From: Muribaculum sp.
GTDB taxonomy: Bacteria > Bacteroidota > Bacteroidia > Bacteroidales > Muribaculaceae
Assembly: GCA_023667055.1 (NCBI GenBank)
Contig: JAMPAV010000004.1
Location: 15,132 to 79,131 of the forward strand
Direction: 5' to 3'
Length of the DNA stretch: 64,000 nt
How positions within the stretch are numbered: position 1 is the stretch's first letter; every line of letters starts with the position of its first letter. Positions 54,904-64,000 of this stretch are shown here, one piece after another. The notes beneath the pieces are model-generated. The model was given only the letters and a program-made list of their open reading frames with translations, ran no database searches and was not told the origin of the DNA. Position numbers and translations under genes: made by a program.

Positions 54904-57009
54904 ATGAAAAAAATATCTTTATTCCTACTCGCGCTGGCAGCATTGCTGCCAACGCGAGTTGTTGCCCAAGAAAAGGCCGACACCATCACTATATGGATGG
55001 CCGGGGACTCCACTATGGCCAACAAACCTATAGACGATGAGAAGCAGGAACGCGGATGGGGACAGATGCTGCAGATGATGCTGCAAGGTCCTGTAAAAGT
55101 CAGCAACCATGCTCTCAACGGACGCAGTTCCAAGTCTTTTATCGACGAAGGTCACTGGGACAAGATGATGACCGGTGTCAAGAAAGGCGACTATGTCATC
55201 ATTCAATTCGGACACAACGATGAAAAGGTGAACAAACCCGACCGTGGCACTTACCCCGGAGGCTCTTTCGACGAGATCCTGACACGGATGGTGAAAGAAG
55301 TCAAGAAAAAGGGTGCCAATCCCATTCTGATGAACTCCATCGTGCGCCGTAATTTCCCCTCACAGGAAATTGACAATACGAAAGACGTAAGTGATGAACC
55401 GAAAGAAAAGACCGGTCCAAAGAATGTTGACCCCAATAAGGAAGGCGACATTTTGGTGGATACACACGGTGACTATCTGCTTTCTCCAAAAAATGTCGCT
55501 AAAAAACAGAAAGTGACATTCATTGACTTGAATGCAGGAACTCACAATCTTGTGCAATACCTCGGCCCGCAAAAGTCAAAGTCAATCTACATGTGGATAC
55601 CTGAAGGCAAATACAAATTCTGCCCCAAAGGGAAAATCGACAATACGCATCTCAACATATATGGTGCAAGTGTGATAGCACGCATGGCTGCCGATTCACT
55701 TGCCAAGAGAGTGCCGGGACTCGCGCCATACGTGATTCCCCAGTCGGATGCACGCGAAATGGAATATAAGGTCACAGACTTGGCTGTGTATGCCAACGAC
55801 AGCACCGCTCTCCAGACAGCAGCCATCCAGAATGTGATTGACATAGCTGAAGCAAATGGTGGCGGCAAGATTGTATTCCCTGCCGGTACGTATCTTACAG
55901 GTGCTCTGTTCTTCAAGCCCGGCACTCGCCTTGTGCTTGAAAAAGGTGCTAAAATCAAAGGATCCGACGACATTGAGAACTTTCCTCTTATTCCTTCGCG
56001 TATGGAAGGCAAAAGCATATATTATTATGCCGCCCTTATAAACGCCTACTATGTTAAGGACTTTGAGATTACTGGTGAAGGTTCAATAGATGGCAACGGA
56101 TACTTGTATTGGAGAGACTTCTGGACAAATCGCGACCGTGCTGTGGTAGCAGGGCGTGAATGGACCAACCTTGAGGCTCACCGTCCGCGACTTGTGTTCC
56201 TATGGGGATGCGACAATCTGAAGATCTCAGGTGTCAATTTGCAAAATTCACCCTTCTGGACCACACACCTGTATAATTGCAACGACGTGCTGATTGAAAA
56301 TTGCCGTATCACAGCCCCGCGCGATGGAGACCTTCGCGCACCGAGCAGTGATGCCCTCGACCTTGATGCATGCAAAAGAGTGGTAGTTCGCAATTGCTAT
56401 CTCAACTGCGACGACGATGGCGTTTGTCTCAAAGGCGGCAAGGGAGTTTATTCAAATCGCACGATGGACAATGGTATCTGCGAGGACATTCTTGTTGAAA
56501 ACTGTGAATTTGGCAGAAACCTTCACGGTGTGCTTACACTCGGAAGCGAATGTGTCCATGCCAAAAACGTCACTGTGAGAAACTGCAAGATTGACATCAA
56601 TGCCTCAATCCTACGGCTCAAGATGCGTCCCGACACATGGCAGACATACGAGGATATCGTGATTGAGAATATCACCGGCAACTGCGGTACTGTGGTAGAT
56701 ATGAAACCCTGGAAGCAATTCTTTACTCTTGACGGAAGCAACGAGGAGCCTTACGGAATCGTCCGCAACATCAGGATTGAGAACCTTGACGTGAACTGCA
56801 ATACGTTCTGCCACATTCAGGGCAATCCCGGTGATAAGGTCGATAACTTCCTGTTCAAGAATGTCAATGTAAAAGCCCTTGACCCATCGCTTACAGTAGT
56901 TGCTTATCCTTCCATAAAATTTGAAAACTGCACTATGGACGGAAAACCATTCTCGCCAAAAGCAGAACGTCTGAATCTGCCGGAAGAAAACGAATATGAT
57001 AAATATTAA
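54904..57009 (+). CDS. Fusion protein: CE12/SGNH rhamnogalacturonan acetylesterase-like N-domain plus GH28 C-domain
   Basis: 701 aa with a signal peptide. The N-domain has IWMAGDSTMAN, ALNGRSS and QFGHNDE (SGNH blocks). The C-domain is a beta-helix with SSDALDLD, CDDDGVCLKGG, HGVLTLGSE and RLKMR (GH28-like blocks). Confidence 0.75.
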   Translation: MKKISLFLLALAALLPTRVVAQEKADTITIWMAGDSTMANKPIDDEKQERGWGQMLQMMLQGPVKVSNHALNGRSSKSFIDEGHWDKMMTGVKKGDYVIIQFGHNDEKVNKPDRGTYPGGSFDEILTRMVKEVKKKGANPILMNSIVRRNFPSQEIDNTKDVSDEPKEKTGPKNVDPNKEGDILVDTHGDYLLSPKNVAKKQKVTFIDLNAGTHNLVQYLGPQKSKSIYMWIPEGKYKFCPKGKIDNTHLNIYGASVIARMAADSLAKRVPGLAPYVIPQSDAREMEYKVTDLAVYANDSTALQTAAIQNVIDIAEANGGGKIVFPAGTYLTGALFFKPGTRLVLEKGAKIKGSDDIENFPLIPSRMEGKSIYYYAALINAYYVKDFEITGEGSIDGNGYLYWRDFWTNRDRAVVAGREWTNLEAHRPRLVFLWGCDNLKISGVNLQNSPFWTTHLYNCNDVLIENCRITAPRDGDLRAPSSDALDLDACKRVVVRNCYLNCDDDGVCLKGGKGVYSNRTMDNGICEDILVENCEFGRNLHGVLTLGSECVHAKNVTVRNCKIDINASILRLKMRPDTWQTYEDIVIENITGNCGTVVDMKPWKQFFTLDGSNEEPYGIVRNIRIENLDVNCNTFCHIQGNPGDKVDNFLFKNVNVKALDPSLTVVAYPSIKFENCTMDGKPFSPKAERLNLPEENEYDKY

Positions 57010-57015
57010 AACATC

Positions 57016-59577
57016 ATGAAAAAAACTATTTTTACACTATTGGCGGCATGTGTTTGCTCCATGGCCGCTAATGCGGAAGGAATAGCCGAAAGAGCACAGA
57101 AGGCTTGGACCGATGTGTATCCGCAGGTGGAAGCCCGTATCAAGGCTCCCACATTCCGCGACAAGGATTACAACATACTTGATTTCGACAAGACAAAAAA
57201 GAAAAAAGGAAATAAGGATGCAGCAAAAAGTGCCGATTTCCTTTACACCGACATGATCAACGATGCCATCAAAAAATGTAATGCAGATGGTGGCGGTCGT
57301 GTGATTGTGCCTGCCGGTACTTATCTTACAGGTCCTGTTCATTTGCTCAGCAATGTGAACCTGCACCTCGAAGAGGGCGCAACACTCCTTTTCACTACCG
57401 ACCTCTCCAAATATTATCCCATGGTACTTACCCGCTGGGAGGGAATGGACTGCTACAACTATTCTCCGATGATTTATGCCTACAAGCAAGAAAATATCGC
57501 AATTACCGGCAAGGGTACTATCGATGGCGGTGCGAGCCGCGACAACTGGTGGGGTATGGTAGGCAATGAACGCTGGGGTTGGAAAGAAGGCCAGGAATCA
57601 CAGCGCAGAGGTCGCCGCATTCTCATGGAATGGAACGAAAGCGGTGTTGATGTGTTCGAACGTCGAATGGGCCAGGGCTATGGTATGCGTGTTCAGCTTG
57701 TCAATCCTGTGGATTGCAAGAACGTGTTGATTGAAGATGTGACCATGCTCCGTGCCGCATTTTGGGTGATGCACCCTCTGCGTTGTCAGAACGTAACAGT
57801 GCGTGGCGTGCATGTACAGAATGATGGTCCCAATGGTGACGGTTGCGATCCGGAATCATGCAAGGACGTGCTGATCGAAAGATGCTACTTTGACACAGGC
57901 GACGACTGCATCGCCATCAAGAGTGGCCGTAACCGCGACGGGCAGCGTTGGAATCTGCCAAGCGAGAATATAATCGTCCGCGACTGCTACATGAAGAATG
58001 GTCACGGAGGCGTGGTTGTAGGCAGTGAAATTTCAGGTGGCTACAAGACTCTATTCGTTGAAAACTGCAAGATGGACAGCCCTGAACTCGAACGTGTGAT
58101 CCGCATCAAGACCAATCCTTGCCGTGGCGGCGTAATTGAGGATATTTATGTGCGCAATGTTGAAGTCGGCCAGTGCAAGGAAGCAGTGCTGAAAATCAAC
58201 CTTGACTATGAACCCAAGGAAATTTGCAAGCGCGCATATCCACCGACAGTGAGAAACGTATATCTTGAGAATGTCAACTGCAACAAGAGCAAATATGGCG
58301 TCTATATCATTGGTCTTCCCGACAAATGCAATGTTTATGATATAGAAGTTAAGGATTGCAACTTCAATGGTGTGGCCGAAGGCAACAAGATGACCGGTGA
58401 ATTCAAGGACGTAGTATTCGACAACCTCAAAATCAATGGTGTTCCGGCTTTATATGGCAAACCACTCGCTTACAAGATGGCTCTGTCTGAAATGACTCGC
58501 ATTCCTGAAAGCCAGACAATCGACGTAAACGGTGTGAAGTGGAGTTATGCAGCAGCCGTAGAAATTGAAGGTATTTTGGCGGCAGCTCAAAAATATAATG
58601 ACAAGGATCTCCTCAATTATGCTCTCAACTATGCTGATTTCTTTGTGAATCCCGACGGATCGATCAAAGCCTTCAAGAAGGATTCCTACAACATCGACAA
58701 CGTCAAAGGTGGTACGGTAATTCTCAAGGCCCTTGACATAACAGGCGACCAGAAATATAAGGCCGCTGCCGACACTATCTACGGACAACTCCTCCAGCAA
58801 CCTCGCACCAAGTCGAAAAACTTCTGGCACAAGCAGATTTATCCTTGGCAGGTATGGCTCGATGGTCTTTACATGGGACAGCCGTTCTATGCTGAGTATG
58901 TCAACAGATATCTCAACGGTGACAAGAAACTTTGGGATGACATTGCCAATCAGTTCCTCACTGTAGGCAAGAAGACTTACGACAAGAACACAGGTCTCTA
59001 TCGCCACGCTTGGGATGAGAAGAAAAAGATGTTCTGGGCCGACAAGAAGACCGGACAGTCACAACATGCATGGGGACGCGCAATGGGCTGGTACATCTGG
59101 GCTCTTACAGACGTGCTCGAGCAAATGCCGGCAGATCATCCCAAAAGAGCTGAAATGCTGAAACTGCTACAGAGTGTTGCCGATGGAATAGTGAAATATC
59201 AGGATCCCAAGACCGGGGTATGGTATCAGGTAATGGATGAACCGGGCAAGGAAGGCAATTATCTCGAAGCTACCGCTTCCTCGATGTTCGTATATAATCT
59301 TCTTCGTGCTGTACGTCTCGGACTTCTCGACCAGAAGTATCTTGCACCGGCCAAGAAAGGTTATGAAGGCATCGTGGATACTTTCATCAAGGAGAATCCC
59401 GATGGAACTATTTCTCTGACCAACTGCTGTGCTGTGGCCGGACTTGGTCCCGACAAGAGTCCACGCCGCGACGGTTCGTTTGAATATTATCTGAGCGAAC
59501 CTATACGCGACAATGACTCCAAAGGTGTAGGTCCGTTCATTCTCGGAAGTCTTGAATACGAAAATCTTTCCAAATAA
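57016..59577 (+). CDS. Fusion protein: GH28 polygalacturonase-type N-domain plus GH105 (unsaturated rhamnogalacturonyl hydrolase, YteR-like) C-domain
   Basis: 853 aa with a signal peptide. GH28 blocks are NGDGCDP, GDDCIAIKSG, GHGGVVVGSE and IRIKT. The C-terminal alpha/alpha region has WLDGLYMGQPFYAEY, WGRAMGW and NCCAVAGLG, typical of GH105/GH88-type enzymes. Confidence 0.75.
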   Translation: MKKTIFTLLAACVCSMAANAEGIAERAQKAWTDVYPQVEARIKAPTFRDKDYNILDFDKTKKKKGNKDAAKSADFLYTDMINDAIKKCNADGGGRVIVPAGTYLTGPVHLLSNVNLHLEEGATLLFTTDLSKYYPMVLTRWEGMDCYNYSPMIYAYKQENIAITGKGTIDGGASRDNWWGMVGNERWGWKEGQESQRRGRRILMEWNESGVDVFERRMGQGYGMRVQLVNPVDCKNVLIEDVTMLRAAFWVMHPLRCQNVTVRGVHVQNDGPNGDGCDPESCKDVLIERCYFDTGDDCIAIKSGRNRDGQRWNLPSENIIVRDCYMKNGHGGVVVGSEISGGYKTLFVENCKMDSPELERVIRIKTNPCRGGVIEDIYVRNVEVGQCKEAVLKINLDYEPKEICKRAYPPTVRNVYLENVNCNKSKYGVYIIGLPDKCNVYDIEVKDCNFNGVAEGNKMTGEFKDVVFDNLKINGVPALYGKPLAYKMALSEMTRIPESQTIDVNGVKWSYAAAVEIEGILAAAQKYNDKDLLNYALNYADFFVNPDGSIKAFKKDSYNIDNVKGGTVILKALDITGDQKYKAAADTIYGQLLQQPRTKSKNFWHKQIYPWQVWLDGLYMGQPFYAEYVNRYLNGDKKLWDDIANQFLTVGKKTYDKNTGLYRHAWDEKKKMFWADKKTGQSQHAWGRAMGWYIWALTDVLEQMPADHPKRAEMLKLLQSVADGIVKYQDPKTGVWYQVMDEPGKEGNYLEATASSMFVYNLLRAVRLGLLDQKYLAPAKKGYEGIVDTFIKENPDGTISLTNCCAVAGLGPDKSPRRDGSFEYYLSEPIRDNDSKGVGPFILGSLEYENLSK

Positions 59578-61706
59578 TGAGAATTTCCAATATAATAATC
59601 ATAAACAGTGCTATCGTCGCGACGGGATGTCTCGCCGCGACGACACTGCTTCCATCTTGCACGGAAGCAAGCGCCAAAATTGACCGCCAGGCTCTCGTCA
59701 GCCGCAACAATCCACACCTCACATCCGTTGATACGCTGGCATCCCTGACTGTCGGGAATGGTGGGTTTGCTTTCACGGCCGATGTAACCGGTCTCCAGAC
59801 ATTCCCTGACGAGTATGCCAACGGAGTGCCACTCGGCACCATGAGCGACTGGGGGTGGCACAGTTTTCCCAATACCGAAAATTTCAGCTTTGACGAGACT
59901 CTCAAGGAATATGACTTCGGACGTGGAAGAACCGAACTATACTCAACCCAGATAAAAGATGACGAGCGTAAGAAAGCTGCCTGCGACTATTATCGAGTTA
60001 ATCCCCATCGGCTGCACCTCGGAGCCCTCGGATTCCACAATATGAATCTTGATGCCATTGATGGTATCGACCAGACTCTCGATATGTGGAATGGTGTGAT
60101 CAACTCCAAATTCTCGGTAGAGGGCAAAGAAGTCAGTGTGCAGACTTCCGTTGATCCGGAACTTGACCTTGTGGCCGCAAAGATTTCCGACAAAGGCCGA
60201 CATGCAATTTCGCTGCGATTGCCATATCCCACCGGCAAACACAGTGATGCCGCTTCTAATTGGAACGCAGACTCTCTCCATTCTTCAGAAATAGTACTTT
60301 CAGAACCGGGTAAGGCAATCGTGAAGCATACTCTCGACACCACATCCTACTTTATCACCCTAAACTGGGATGGGAAATCAGAAGCTGAGAAAAATGAAGC
60401 CAATTCCATAGTGATTACTCCCGATGCCGACAATTGGAGCGTGACAGCTCAATTTACAGAGAAAATCACCGACGGCAACAATCCTGTGGCAGACAACGCC
60501 ATTAAGACTGCTTCCGACTATTGGCAAAGTTTCTGGAAAAACGGTGGCGTCGTGGATTTCAGCGAATGCACCGATCCAAGGGCCAAGGAACTCGAACGCC
60601 GGGTGGTGCTGTCGCAATATCTTCTGGCTACCAACTGTGCCGGCAACACACCTCCGCAGGAAACAGGACTAACCTACAACTCCTGGTTTGGCAAGTTCCA
60701 TCTGGAAATGATATGGTGGCATCAGGCCCAGTTTGCCCTATACGGACATGAAGATCTTCTCGCAAGAACTCTTCCCTGGTATGCCACTGCGCGCGACAAT
60801 GCAAAGGCCATTGCAGAGCGTCAAGGTTTTGAAGGTGTACGCTGGATGAAGATGACCGACCCCTCCTCCATCGAGGCTCCGTCGAGCGTCGGAAGTTTCC
60901 TTATCTGGCAGCAACCTCACCTCATATATCTTGCCGAACTCCTCTATCGTGCAAACCCGAACGACAGCGTATTGAAACAATACTATCCTCTTATCGACGA
61001 GACTGCTCAGTTTATGGCTTCCTTTGCCGACCGCGATGAAGAAAACGACCGATATATCCTGAAAGGAATAATCCCGGCTCAGGAAACTCTCCGTGCGTCA
61101 GAGACAGTCAATCCTCCATTCGAATTGTCTTACTGGCATTTCGGACTCAACACAGCTCAGAAATGGCGCGAGAGAATGGGACTGGAAAGAAATGCCGACT
61201 GGGATAAGATTATCAATGGCCTTTCGCATCTTGCTGCTAAAGATTCATTGTATCTTGCCGCTGAGACTGCTCCCCAGACCTACGAAGACATACGTTTCAC
61301 TTCCGACCACATGGCAGTGCTTGGTGCTCAAGGTATCCTCCCGGCTTCACCTCTCGCCGAACCGGAAATACTCAACAATACCTTCGACTGGATTTATGAC
61401 AACTGGAACTGGGACAAGACATGGGGATGGGATTATCCCACAACTGCCATGTGCGCTGCAAGAGTGGGAGAACCTGAAAAGGCTGTCAATGCACTTATGA
61501 TGGATAAACGCACCAACACCTACCTACCCAACGGCCACAATTTCCAGGACAACCGACTAAGATGTTATCTGCCGGGCAACGGTGGACTGCTGACAGCCAT
61601 TGCTCTGATGACTGCCGGATGGGACGGCTGCGAGATAGAGAATCCGGGATTCCCCAAAGATGGCACTTGGAATGTGAAATGGGAAGGCATCAAGCCTCTC
61701 CCCTAA
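59577..61706 (+). CDS. Uncharacterised secreted or lipoprotein, probable alpha/alpha-toroid glycoside hydrolase-like protein
   Basis: 709 aa. The start overlaps the upstream stop (TAATG). Possible lipobox (LLPSC). I recognise no family signature. Function is inferred only from position in the pectin block. Confidence 0.6.
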   Translation: MRISNIIIINSAIVATGCLAATTLLPSCTEASAKIDRQALVSRNNPHLTSVDTLASLTVGNGGFAFTADVTGLQTFPDEYANGVPLGTMSDWGWHSFPNTENFSFDETLKEYDFGRGRTELYSTQIKDDERKKAACDYYRVNPHRLHLGALGFHNMNLDAIDGIDQTLDMWNGVINSKFSVEGKEVSVQTSVDPELDLVAAKISDKGRHAISLRLPYPTGKHSDAASNWNADSLHSSEIVLSEPGKAIVKHTLDTTSYFITLNWDGKSEAEKNEANSIVITPDADNWSVTAQFTEKITDGNNPVADNAIKTASDYWQSFWKNGGVVDFSECTDPRAKELERRVVLSQYLLATNCAGNTPPQETGLTYNSWFGKFHLEMIWWHQAQFALYGHEDLLARTLPWYATARDNAKAIAERQGFEGVRWMKMTDPSSIEAPSSVGSFLIWQQPHLIYLAELLYRANPNDSVLKQYYPLIDETAQFMASFADRDEENDRYILKGIIPAQETLRASETVNPPFELSYWHFGLNTAQKWRERMGLERNADWDKIINGLSHLAAKDSLYLAAETAPQTYEDIRFTSDHMAVLGAQGILPASPLAEPEILNNTFDWIYDNWNWDKTWGWDYPTTAMCAARVGEPEKAVNALMMDKRTNTYLPNGHNFQDNRLRCYLPGNGGLLTAIALMTAGWDGCEIENPGFPKDGTWNVKWEGIKPLP

Positions 61707-61732
61707 ACATATTTGAACCTCTACCTAATATC

Positions 61733-64000
61733 ATGAACACAAAAATCAAATCTACACTTTTAGCGCTGGCGACTCTCGGTCTCTTCTTTGAGACTGAGGC
61801 CGCCGGCCTGCATTATACACCATACGGCAATTCGGTGATATCTACCAATGGAACTGTTAAATTCAACAGAGGTCTGTATGGTGCGCATACCGGCTTCCGC
61901 GTGGATTGTTCCGACTTCCCCGAGTTTGGAATTTATATGCCAAACATGGGCGGCAACATTCGCTTCAATCTCCCCCAAGGTGATTGCAAAGCCATTTATA
62001 CTCCGGGGCGCATGGATTATGACCAGGGAGGCGTTGACCTTCAGGTCCAGGTCGGAAGATCCGACGACATGATAATCTGGAGATTCACCAACTCCTCTAA
62101 AGAAAAGAAAGAAGTGTCATTCCGCTACGGAGGGGCTTCAGGCAAACGATTCTCACGCGAGGGAGACCTCGGCGTGGATAAACCTGACTGCTTCGATTTC
62201 AAAGAAGAGAACTGCAATGGGAATGTCTATCGAAAGGAAAAAGACAGAACCATAGTGGAATTTGGCACAAAAAACCATTACACCGCCACTCTAATCACCG
62301 GCGATGCAAATGTCAAAATTACGAACACACCTTGTCTTGAGGGTTCTTTCACCCTTAGCCCCCGACAGACAAAATATATAGCGTTTATACCTTCTGATTC
62401 AAAAATCGCTTACAAGCATCTTGCATCTCTCTTTGACAAAGCCGAGAAAGACAGATCGGAACTCGCATCTTCCGTTATGTTTGAAGCCCCTGATGAATGG
62501 CTCATGCCGGTGGGTGGTGCCCTTGCAATTGCAGGCGATGCCATCTGGAGCGGAGAGGCATGGCTTCACGGCTCTATAGGCTGGCGCACTCCTCATCTTG
62601 GTTGGCGTGGCGCCTATACCGGAGACGCCATAGGTCGCCACGACAGGGCCAAGACACATTTCTACAACTATGCAAAGAATCAGATTGATTCCATACCTGC
62701 CATATATCAACATCCCCAGCAAGACACTGCCTTGAATCTTGCAAGGGCTCGCAAAGTGTGGGGCACTCCGATGTATAGCGACGGTTATATCTGCCGTCGT
62801 CCCGGACATAAGAATGAAATGTCGCACTACGACATGAATCTTGTATATGTCGATGCCATGCTCCGACATTTCCGCCACACCGGCGACAAAGAGGCAATGC
62901 GACACCTCTTCCCCACTCTGAAGCGTCATCTCGAATGGGAGAAAAAGAATTTTGATCCGGATGGTGATGGCCTTTATGATGCCTATTGCTGCATCTGGGC
63001 AAGTGATGCCCTTTACTATAATGGAGGCAAGGTGACACATTCTTCGGCCTACAACGCATTTGCCAATCGACTTGCCGCCCAGGTGGCCCGTCAGATAGGT
63101 GAAGATCCAACTCCATTTGAACTGGAGGCTGCAAAGATCACCCATTCCATCGACTCCGCACTGTGGCTCGATGACAAGGGACATTGGGCAGAGTTTCAGG
63201 ATGTGATGGGGCTGGCTCGTATTCACGACAAACCCGCCGTATGGACCATATACCATGCCGTGGATTCCGAAATCACTGATCCTCTAAAGGCATACGCTGC
63301 CACTGTGTATGTGGATCAGAATATCCCTCATATTCCTGTATCTGTGGAAAATGGCAAACAGCTTTACACCATTTCCACCACTAACTGGAAACCATATTCC
63401 TGGAGCATCAACAATGTTGCCATAGCGGAAGTCATGCACACCGCCCTTGCCTATTGGCAAGCCGGCAGACCTGACGAGGCTTACGCACTCATGAAGGGTG
63501 TGGCATACGACAACATGCTCGGCGGAGCATCTCCTCTGAATTTCGGACAAATCAGTCGTTTTGATGCGGCCAGAGGGGAATGCTACCGTGATTTTGCCGA
63601 CCCAATCGGTGTGTGGAGCCGTGCCCTGACTGAAGGTCTTTATGGAATCCGCCCGGATCTGTTGTCGGAAAAGCCTCATATCGATATCATCCCCGGATTC
63701 CCTTCCGATTGGAATGACGCATCAGTGAAACTCCCCGATCTGTCTTATTCTTTCAAAAGGGTTGGCAACAAGACTTACTATAATATTGAAAACAACTATA
63801 CCGGATATCCGGAAGTTATCCTCCAAATTAACGGTAAGGGCCTAAAACAAGCTACAGTCAATGGTAAACCTGTGTCATGGCATCCCATCGGGTATTCTGT
63901 GGGATATCCGCGTGTAGCCATCGACGTCGATTTCGACAAGAGCAATTCTGCTGAAATTGCTCTCGAGTATGGAGCAGAATCATCCGAATATCCTACAGGA
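61733..64000 (+). CDS. Uncharacterised secreted protein, partial (continues past the window end)
   Basis: Not in the ORF track because no stop is reached. I translated by hand from the ATG at 61733 (MNTKIKSTLLALATLGLFFETEAAGLHYTPYG...) and found 756 codons without a stop to position 64000. A signal peptide is present. Confidence 0.7.
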   Translation, partial: MNTKIKSTLLALATLGLFFETEAAGLHYTPYGNSVISTNGTVKFNRGLYGAHTGFRVDCSDFPEFGIYMPNMGGNIRFNLPQGDCKAIYTPGRMDYDQGGVDLQVQVGRSDDMIIWRFTNSSKEKKEVSFRYGGASGKRFSREGDLGVDKPDCFDFKEENCNGNVYRKEKDRTIVEFGTKNHYTATLITGDANVKITNTPCLEGSFTLSPRQTKYIAFIPSDSKIAYKHLASLFDKAEKDRSELASSVMFEAPDEWLMPVGGALAIAGDAIWSGEAWLHGSIGWRTPHLGWRGAYTGDAIGRHDRAKTHFYNYAKNQIDSIPAIYQHPQQDTALNLARARKVWGTPMYSDGYICRRPGHKNEMSHYDMNLVYVDAMLRHFRHTGDKEAMRHLFPTLKRHLEWEKKNFDPDGDGLYDAYCCIWASDALYYNGGKVTHSSAYNAFANRLAAQVARQIGEDPTPFELEAAKITHSIDSALWLDDKGHWAEFQDVMGLARIHDKPAVWTIYHAVDSEITDPLKAYAATVYVDQNIPHIPVSVENGKQLYTISTTNWKPYSWSINNVAIAEVMHTALAYWQAGRPDEAYALMKGVAYDNMLGGASPLNFGQISRFDAARGECYRDFADPIGVWSRALTEGLYGIRPDLLSEKPHIDIIPGFPSDWNDASVKLPDLSYSFKRVGNKTYYNIENNYTGYPEVILQINGKGLKQATVNGKPVSWHPIGYSVGYPRVAIDVDFDKSNSAEIALEYGAESSEYPTG

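Overview
This window looks like a Bacteroidales-type chromosome segment. The evidence is recurring TAnnTTTG -7 promoter boxes, two proteins with T9SS C-terminal sorting domains, a BACON lipoprotein and a TamB homologue. I support about 40 protein genes.

Most genes are housekeeping: dxs, trkA-trkH, nrdD-nrdG, ftsY, rimO, prs, tsaD, alaS, hemW and the etfB-etfA-acyl-CoA dehydrogenase operon. Glycan-related genes are a CE8-like beta-helix protein next to GH43, a GH13 enzyme, and a tightly packed hexuronate/pectin block. That block runs uxaB, uxaA, uxaC, exuT-like MFS, a CE12-GH28 fusion, a GH28-GH105 fusion, then two large uncharacterised secreted proteins, the last running off the window end.

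I found no rRNA, tRNA, CRISPR array, integrase, classical transposase, phage genes or known defence genes. I cannot claim a complete new multi-gene system.

The signals most worth follow-up are all non-coding or architectural:
1. An 8.6 kb island of four same-strand surface-protein genes (40126-48220) sits between the etf and uxa operons. It is bracketed by ~90 bp inverted repeats, each carrying five phased CACAGAA-like heptamers, with a short direct repeat just inside each arm.
2. A 1.09 kb ORF-free gap (39038-40125) contains a very strong minus-strand intrinsic terminator. This implies a ~375 nt non-coding RNA of a class I cannot place.
3. Heptamer-periodic tandem repeats are common in intergenic spacers. 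They include a four-block composite array inside the etfA/acd spacer and an identical 31-mer at two loci.
4. A 38 nt dispersed motif occurs at 2075 and 39914.

All alignments were done by eye and no database search was run.
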